DNA of 64,000 nt from Tubulanus polymorphus (taxonomy: Eukaryota > Animalia > Nemertea). Under the pieces are notes generated by a model, which saw only the letters and a list, made by a program, of their open reading frames with translations, was not told where the DNA came from and ran no database searches. Positions 25,956 through 64,000 of the stretch are shown piece by piece; positions within the stretch are counted from its first letter, which is position 1; each line of letters starts with the position of its first letter. The stretch covers positions 7,936,001 to 8,000,000 of the forward strand of contig NC_134031.1 of the NCBI RefSeq assembly GCF_964204645.1, read 5' to 3'. The position numbers were made by a program, and so were the translations under genes.

Positions 25956-26503
25956 TGTGGAAGTGACGTATGTGTCTACGTAGGTAAACCTAATATGGTG
26001 CGGCCATGGACTCCGTTGAGTGCAAAAATATATTTTTAGAAAATTGTGACGTGTGCAGACACGTCATCGCCCATACATGGATGGGAGGAATGTTGTGACG
26101 TATGAATACGTCACAAGCCATGAATTCCAAGCCATGTGTAGAAGAGGGCCTGCACACGTTACTAAAGATAAAATAATATAAAAGGGTTTAAGAAAGCTTT
26201 AGAGGGAGGCTGGATAGAAGAGGTTTTAGAGAGAGCTCCGGGAATGATCTGTATACATCTAGTAAGAGGAAATAAACGAAAGATAACTTTAGAAATTGTT
26301 AAGTTATTTCTGGGAGCCGTGTAAGAAGTCAAGACCAAGGACTGAGATCTGATCTAAGAGAATGAGCACCATCATTGAGAGGAATTATTACCACGACGCT
26401 AGTTGGAGAACCCAATCCGGATTCACAGCACTGGAAGATATACGGACCATAACATTGGTGAAGAATCCATACCCGCAACATTGGTGGGAGTTCCATCACC
26501 ACA
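25956..26503 (+). mobile_element. Probable solo LTR
   Basis: Inverted termini TGTGG...CCACA, flanks ACAAG/ACAAT (4 of 5 bases match as a TSD), TATAAAA at ~26177 and AATAAA at ~26271. Confidence 0.55.
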
Positions 26504-27540
26504 ACAATTGGAACTAGATGCCTAGAAAAAAAAAGAATTGTGAATCATACTATTTAAACTGGCGATAACTTTTTTGATCGTACGGTAGTATCTTATATCC
26601 AAATTCCTATAATTTTCTATCATCTTCATTTGACCACTAATTCGAGACAAAGAAGCAACTATATTACCTTCGGCTGACAAAAAGTTACCGTAATGCATTG
26701 TATCCACTGTAACAGCAGCAATGTTCACGATCTATACGGCCATCTCGTCACAGGTGTAGTTGAATACGATCTTCTCATGAGGTCAACGTTCCAGTCACAA
26801 CAAATAGTTTAACATCTGTACTTGTGTAAGTCACGAGGACTTAAATTTGGGTTCTCTTCCATCTGTAACCGTCGATCTGTGAAGGTAAACCCAGTTCTCC
26901 GCCATCTGTAACCGGCTGGTTGTTGTATCGGCAGGCTGGCTGGGGAACTAGTATTTACACCAGCGGTACAGGATTCCATCCATCAGGAACAACAAGGCAG
27001 TTAAACCTTATATATACAATCTTTATTGCATCCCGGAATGAGAATGATTATCATAACTTTGCATAGTCTTTATATACAGAATCATGAGTATAATGTGAGA
27101 ACTAGGTGTCAGATAAGTTGTAGACTGAGGACTCACAAACTAACACCTAGTGACATGTTTGAGAGACGTAAATTAATTAATGAGGAGCACTGACTAGAGC
27201 TAATTACTTTGAATACATATTGAGTCTTACATGTTGATTACGATAAAGCACATATTGATACTATATTCATAAGTTATATTACATTATTAATACTATTATT
27301 ATCATTATTAAGCATTTCATATAGTAAGAGATATGAAATATTATGAACCATTCGATATAAAATTGTAGATATATATGATTATAGAATATGCAACTTATAT
27401 CAGGGTGACATTAGGATTAGATTTAGGATCAGAGATAGAGGTTACTATGAGGCATCAATTCAGGAAGTAGTGAACTATACCATTGACAGTTGGGAGACTG
27501 TTTCTCTGTTAAGGAACATGAATATATCATTTAATATCAA

Positions 27541-28128
27541 AGACATGCGACGCTGCTGCTACGTGTCTCCACTGATGTGTATGTCTTCACATCAACCAAC
27601 TGTCGAAGACGAGTTTCCTGCTAGTATGTAACAAAATGATATATAAAATATCATATTCATTGATTTTTGGGAATAATTAATTAGGTGAAAGGTGTCATCG
27701 AAACAGAATAATGCAAGACGATGAGTATATGCGTTCACACGGAACTGGCGTGAGGGGCCTATTGTCAACCGTCCTGTACAGTTATCACCTTACTGAAGGT
27801 GTCTACCTGTCAACCGTCCTGTACAGTTATCACCTTACTGAGGGTGTCTCCTGTGCAGTCATCACCGAACTGTTGTGTAGAGTGTCTACCTGTCAACCGT
27901 CCTGTACAGTAATCACCTTACTGAGGGTGTCTACCTGTCAGCCGTCCTGTGCAGTCAACACCGAACTGTGTGTAGGGTGTCATCTGTCAACCGTCCTGTA
28001 GAGTCATCACCCTAGTATGTAAGGTGTCGCATGTCATCAGCTGTAGAATATGGATCCCCAATCAAAGAACTATTTTCATGGAACTTCTTTTAGTTCCATA
28101 TTACTACGCTTTATGTTTCAGCTTGCGC
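27541..28128 (+). repeat. Dispersed repeat with internal tandem units (copy 2)
   Basis: Homologous to 15961-16470. Confidence 0.8.
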
Positions 28129-28299
28129 ATTAATTCCCCGATTGTCGTGTGAAGGTGGTCTATTTTATAGGGGAAACGTTTATGAATCAGAAAGAGAAGA
28201 ACCAAATAAAATTTTTGATAATAATAACTTTATTTTCCCTTGAATTTTCATATTCATTATTCAGTTTATTCTCTTTCTATGTAACAAACTTATTTTCAA

Positions 28300-30692
28300 A
28301 CGAAAGTTTGTTTTTGTGCGCGCGCAAAAACAAATATTACCGCGCAAAAACAAACTTTTAAAGAGCATATGCCATCAAAATAGAATATTGTGTAAAATTC
28401 ATTTTCAAATGTGATGTATTCACAAATATCAAATATGGAACTGGTTTGAATTTTAGTTCAGCCATTACTTAGAAATGTGACTTTTAAATCGGCAATTTCA
28501 GCACGTGCTCACTGTTATTGTTTATCTTAGCAGGTGCGTGTTTCTGACGTCATCTCTTACAAACGCTCGCGGCTTTCAGTCATTTCACTAGATATTTCAT
28601 GCGATATTTTATCGTTTTGGAGTGATTTGAATTAATAAACTCTTACCATTGTATAGTGTTGCTACCGTTGTATATGACATGATAATCGTATATAAGTGAG
28701 TAGCGCTGTAGGTCAGTGAATACGGTGAACAAATGGTGTTTATTTTATCGATTATACATAGGCTACGCGTACTAGCGCGCACACGTGCTTGTGTTGATTG
28801 TCATAGTTTAGGTTTAGGTTTATTTATTTCGCTCTAACCAAACATTGGTATATAGAGGTTACAAGAATTTGTACAATAAAATTTATAATTTACAAAACTT
28901 AAAAACAAGAAAATAGAGATACACATAGAATAGAATAATAATAGAGATAACAGATATGTATACATGAATTTTACTTAAGTAGCTTGAGACCAGCATTTAC
29001 AAATCTAGCGAGTTTAATTAATATATTGTTATTTACAGCATTAGATAACATCATAAATAGCGCCACGCGCGGGTTGAATATGAACTATACGCACGGAGTG
29101 AAGGATAAATAGATGACTATTCCGCTAAATATTACGGCTAATTTGTGCTCCTCTTTTCAATAAGTCACATCTCAGGTCGTTATATGTATACTAAAGTTTC
29201 TTCTGGTTAAAAAATCGCGGAAAGTACAATTTTGATGCCATTTGCCCTTTAACGTGCAAAAACAAAATAATCCGTTTTTGTGCGTTTAAAGTTTGTTTTT
29301 GCGCGGACGCAAAACGAATATTTGTTTTTCGCAACAACGAAAGTTTGTTTTCGCGCGGTCAAAAACAAATATTACCGCGCAAAAACAAACTTTTAACGCG
29401 CAAAAACAAAATAATCCGTTTTTGCGCGCTAAGTTTGTTTTTGCGCGGGCGCAAAAACGAATATTTGTTTTTGCGCGGTCGTGAAATTAAAAAATATTAC
29501 GCCTGCTGGTATGATGTTACGCTGTCGCCATCTATTAGATCAAACAGTAACTATGTGATAACTTATTAGATCTACCTAGTCCCAGCCCTCATTAACATAA
29601 GATTTTAATATAAAATGGAACTGGTAGAACATACTGAAAATAGCCTGTTCAATCTAACCCGACTATTATACCCAACTGCTGAAACATTAAAAAATATTCA
29701 ATACGGTTAGTCATGGGACAAATAGAGACCTGAGCGATGTAAAGCAATGTAAACAAAGAAACAACATCAAATTTCATTTATTTTTAATAATTCTGTATCT
29801 ACAAATCTGGATGCATGGTCTAATATGGGAATTGTTTTTTTTATGTGAAAATATAACGTGTATGGTATTTCTATCTAACACGTTCGTACCAAGTGCTGCA
29901 GATTCCAATTCAATTTTCTGCTAGATGTCTCTCAGAAAAAGAATCTCTCAGAAATGAACATAAATCTCTCTATGTAAGGTAGAAAACTAGCTGAAAATCA
30001 CGCCAATATTTTTCTTCATATTTTAAAAGGTTGTGACACCGTAAAAACCGTTATGATATGCTAATATACATTAATAACTATCACGCGTTATTAATACGGT
30101 TGTGTGTGGGCTGATGTGCCTACGTCATCAATATATAATGGGGCTAGACTGGTCGCCGGTCAATCAAATTCAACTATCGGTATTTTCAAGCTCAATATAA
30201 CTTCATTGTATTGTGATCAATCAAAGACAATAACAAGGATATATGCATATTTGTATTCATCAAGGGGTCGTTAATTTTAGTAAAGTTAGTTTTCCTTTTA
30301 AATCAATTAATACAACTGCATAGATTAATTATTTCTTTAGTTACTGTTTAATCTAATAGATGGCGACAGCGTAATATCATAGTAGCGCACGTAAATCATT
30401 TTTTTGCGCTACTTGACGCCCGCGCAAAAACAAATCTTAGCGCGCAAAAACTTTTAGCGCGCAAAAACGGATTATGTTTTTGTGCGTTAAAAGTTTGTTT
30501 TTGCGCGAATATCCGTTTTTGCGCCCGCGCAAAAACAAACTTTAAGCGCACAAAAACGTAATAATCCGTTTTTGCGCGTTTAAAGTTTGTTTTTGCGCGG
30601 GAATATTTGTTTATGCGCGGTCATATTTGTTTTTGCGCGTTTTCGTGGAGGACGAAAAAATATTTTTTACATGTCCCGAATCAGCCACCATA
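28300..30692. mobile_element. GCGCAAAAAC-subrepeat MITE family, interrupted by other insertions
   Basis: Arrays of GCGCAAAAAC/GTTTTTGCGC at 28305-28360, 29250-29490 and 30400-30640, with the end ...ACATGTCCCGAATCAGCCACCATA. An inverted pair at ~29510-29565/~30340-30385 encloses an insert. Confidence 0.65.
28362..29248. mobile_element. Kolobok-like non-autonomous DNA transposon nested in the MITE
   Basis: TTAA|AGAGCATATGCCATCAAAAT ... ATTTTGATGCCATTTGCCCT|TTAA: a TTAA TSD with AG..CT termini. Confidence 0.65.
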
Positions 30693-31409
30693 CTTTTACC
30701 ATACATGGCTCGGCGCTCACGGATTGTGACGTAGTCTCATGTCACAATATGTGCACTTTCCAGAGCTCAAAGCTGTAAGATGTAAGAATGGAAAATGAGT
30801 CATGATGCGACAAATTGATGCAAAATCAGAGAAAAGTACAAAATAAACAGTATTGCATGCAATAGAAATTGTTCTTTGAGTCCTTTGGTTTTTGTACTTC
30901 GACGTTAGATTTGCATCTTTTGAACTTTGAAGTTGGACTTGCATCTTTAGAACTTTTAAGTTAGAATTCACACTTTAGTAAGCCTATTTAGAGGTCAGAA
31001 TTACATTTAATTAGAAATTTTATTTCCGCTTTCTGGAGTTACAGTTGGCTTTTTATCAATCGTAGCCTGCTAGATGGTGGTATTGAAAGATACTAGGGAG
31101 TTTTGTCATCGCTCCAGCGCCGTGGTGCTGTCGTTTAATGAAGCAACTAATACAAACGAACCAAACCCATATCCTAGCTATGCTAGCTATCGGACGATAA
31201 CATCCAATTTCTGGTATATATGAAAATGGGGGTGCTGAAACCAACACAAGAGAAATATCGAGGCTACAGTGACTGCACTTAAAAAAAGGACAAACAACAT
31301 GCATAAATATGGGTATATTCTGTAAATGGTGCCTGAGTGATTCAACACACTAGTATAGCACAGCAGGTTAATATACTTAGTGTATACTCAAGGAAAAACA
31401 AGTCAATTA

Positions 31410-31752
31410 TCTCAATATGCCCTTCTCGTCCTGGGCAAGTAGTTGAGACAGAAATTCACTTTTTGTGTGAATGTCTAGCATATATCGATTGTCGTATTAC
31501 ATTATTCTCTAAAATCAAGGAACTCTGAGATATTGATATGGATATTCTATCCACTACAGACCAATTGTCCTTGATTCTAGTGGATGATCATATTATTTAT
31601 CACGTCTGTAAGTTTGTAAATTAGGCGTCTCGGCTGCGTAATGCACCGCCATAATGCATTTAACCAATATACTTATTTCCTATTATTTGTCTTGTGAGCC
31701 TATATAGGCTGGCTTTTAGTTATCTTTAAAAGATGACAATAAACTTTTCAAT
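31410..31752 (+). mobile_element. 3' fragment of a non-LTR retrotransposon (LINE)
   Basis: Remnant of the C-terminal zinc-knuckle region (ICP...VETEIHFLCECLAY...R..LF) followed by a 3'UTR ending in AATAAA. Confidence 0.55.
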
Positions 31753-32028
31753 AAACGTTCCTTTGTGTGCAGAGCTCAATTTCGTCCCCACAATGGTAAC
31801 ATTCTGGGTAATTCTGGATTTTAGAAATTGGGAAATTTTATCAAGTAAAACGTACCACACGCTGCTCGACTATAAAACTGACTATTAAATGTTCAACAAT
31901 GGCAAACGGACTGCTTAACATCTTCCATAGCAAAGACATATCGTGATATTTAACGAAATTTTAACTCCAGAAAACTATGACTGTACATCTCCCTATTGCC
32001 GGAATCGTTGTGTGACTTTCGTTGATTT

Positions 32029-32182
32029 CGGTGTAGCAACCAGTCTGCTTTCTTTCTTACACTCTTCCAATTATCTAGTGTGTTTCTCCCTGGATTGAAA
32101 CAGGTCGGTGTAGCAACCAGTCTGCTTTCTTTCTTACACTCTTCCAATTATCTAGTGTGTTTCTCCCTGGATTGAAACAGGT
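32029..32182 (+). repeat. Tandem duplication of ~77 bp
   Basis: CGGTGTAGCAACCAGTCTGC...GGATTGAAACAGGT occurs twice, head to tail. Confidence 0.9.
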
Positions 32183-32982
32183 AGGCGAAACATCCCTTTA
32201 AGAAATAGTAGTAACGCATGTACAGGACTCCTTGGCGATGAAAAGCATTAACTCTTAATAGAATGCAATTTCTTATTCATCCGTATCAGAGTCAATAAGA
32301 AAGAATAACTTATTTTGAAGGGCACCGCAGAGGTGAATCAATCGTCGTTTAATTCACCTGCGATTGAATTCGAGAGACCAAGGTTGACACACTTTTGGAC
32401 GGATTCGGTGCGAAGACTGATCCAATGCACAAGTAGAGATAAGCGAACCTTGATCAGGACTATTGAGTTCAATTTTGGAAAGATTTGATTATATATGGAT
32501 TATCAAACGTCTGAAATACATCAGATATTTCAGTGCGTCTAGTCATTCATCTTCCATCTTGAAACAATTTGGACGAATGTCCCAAGCGAACATCCAGAGA
32601 ACATTGGGATGGTATTAGTATTGTATTCTGGAGTAGTTGAAAGCTGGGAATGAATGTTCCAATGAGTTAAACGCAATTGTGTAAGTCGTGAGATGATTTG
32701 AATGATGATATTAAGCCAGCAATGCTTTTTAGCATAAACACACATTAAACGAAACGAACCACGTTTTTGAATACTTATTCTAACACATGTTACGATGAAA
32801 AATCATGAATAAGCTTTGAATAATTATAATAATTAGCACCATTTAATCTCAGCTGACTAATCCAACCAGGCTGGTGTTTATTAGAGACAATAAATGCAGG
32901 ATTTCTGCTGATGAAAAATACAAAAAAATAAAAACGCCCAATTAGCAAAGGATTTTACTATATATGAAAATCTATTTTCAGA

Positions 32983-63613
<30,631 letters not shown>

Positions 63614-64000
63614 GATAAAACCAAAATGGAGGCTAGCCAATTGTAAAATGGTTTATAGCACTCTCATTTGTATTTATTTGCACGCACAGAAACGATTAGG
63701 GAGGTTACGATTGGTCTCTACCGATTCCGGAATTCTCTTCTGGCGCATTCGTTTCAACTACGCTCTACATATTCCAGAAAAGCATAATCTCTAAATCAGA
63801 TAGAGGCAGTCGGTAGAGAGTTTTTAATCTCGAACCTTTAATCCATACCCGCCTTAGATTGACTTCTTACCTCATGTTTTGTTTCTCTTTTTCATATGTT
63901 ACCAAGGCACTACTATTAAAACACCGTGTTTGAATTGTGTATCAATATCATCATATGTTTTTGTTTATTGAAATATACGAGTTATGTTTAACTAACTATA

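Overview
This is AT-rich, intron-rich eukaryotic DNA, probably from a marine invertebrate (lophotrochozoan-like, by inference from the repeat and gene content). I can reconstruct four spliced host genes. (1) The 5' part of flotillin-1 on the - strand has two homologous 91-nt copies of exon 3 that look mutually exclusive. (2) A probably secreted VWD-C8-TIL protein with an unnamed C-terminal domain lies on the - strand. (3) An Arf-family GTPase on the + strand has a substituted catalytic G3 motif (WDVGSR). (4) A ~30.6-kb type I membrane mosaic lectin-like receptor on the + strand has the layout SP-PAN-PAN-7x F-type/discoidin-like domains, with a C-type lectin domain nested inside one of them, a kringle, a Ser/Thr stalk and a TM helix. 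The introns of that receptor hold two related Polinton/Maverick-like elements. One is a decayed protein-primed PolB element with a block of small membrane-protein genes, each preceded by a shared AATTTTT..TAAAT(G) motif, and a captured piece of host exon. The other is a non-autonomous copy with TIRs and a 6-bp TSD. The same introns also hold Penelope-like retroelements with minimal hammerhead ribozymes and a nested LINE. Many MITEs, Helentron-associated satellite elements and a probable solo LTR fill the rest. All exon and repeat boundaries were read by eye and may be off by a few bases.
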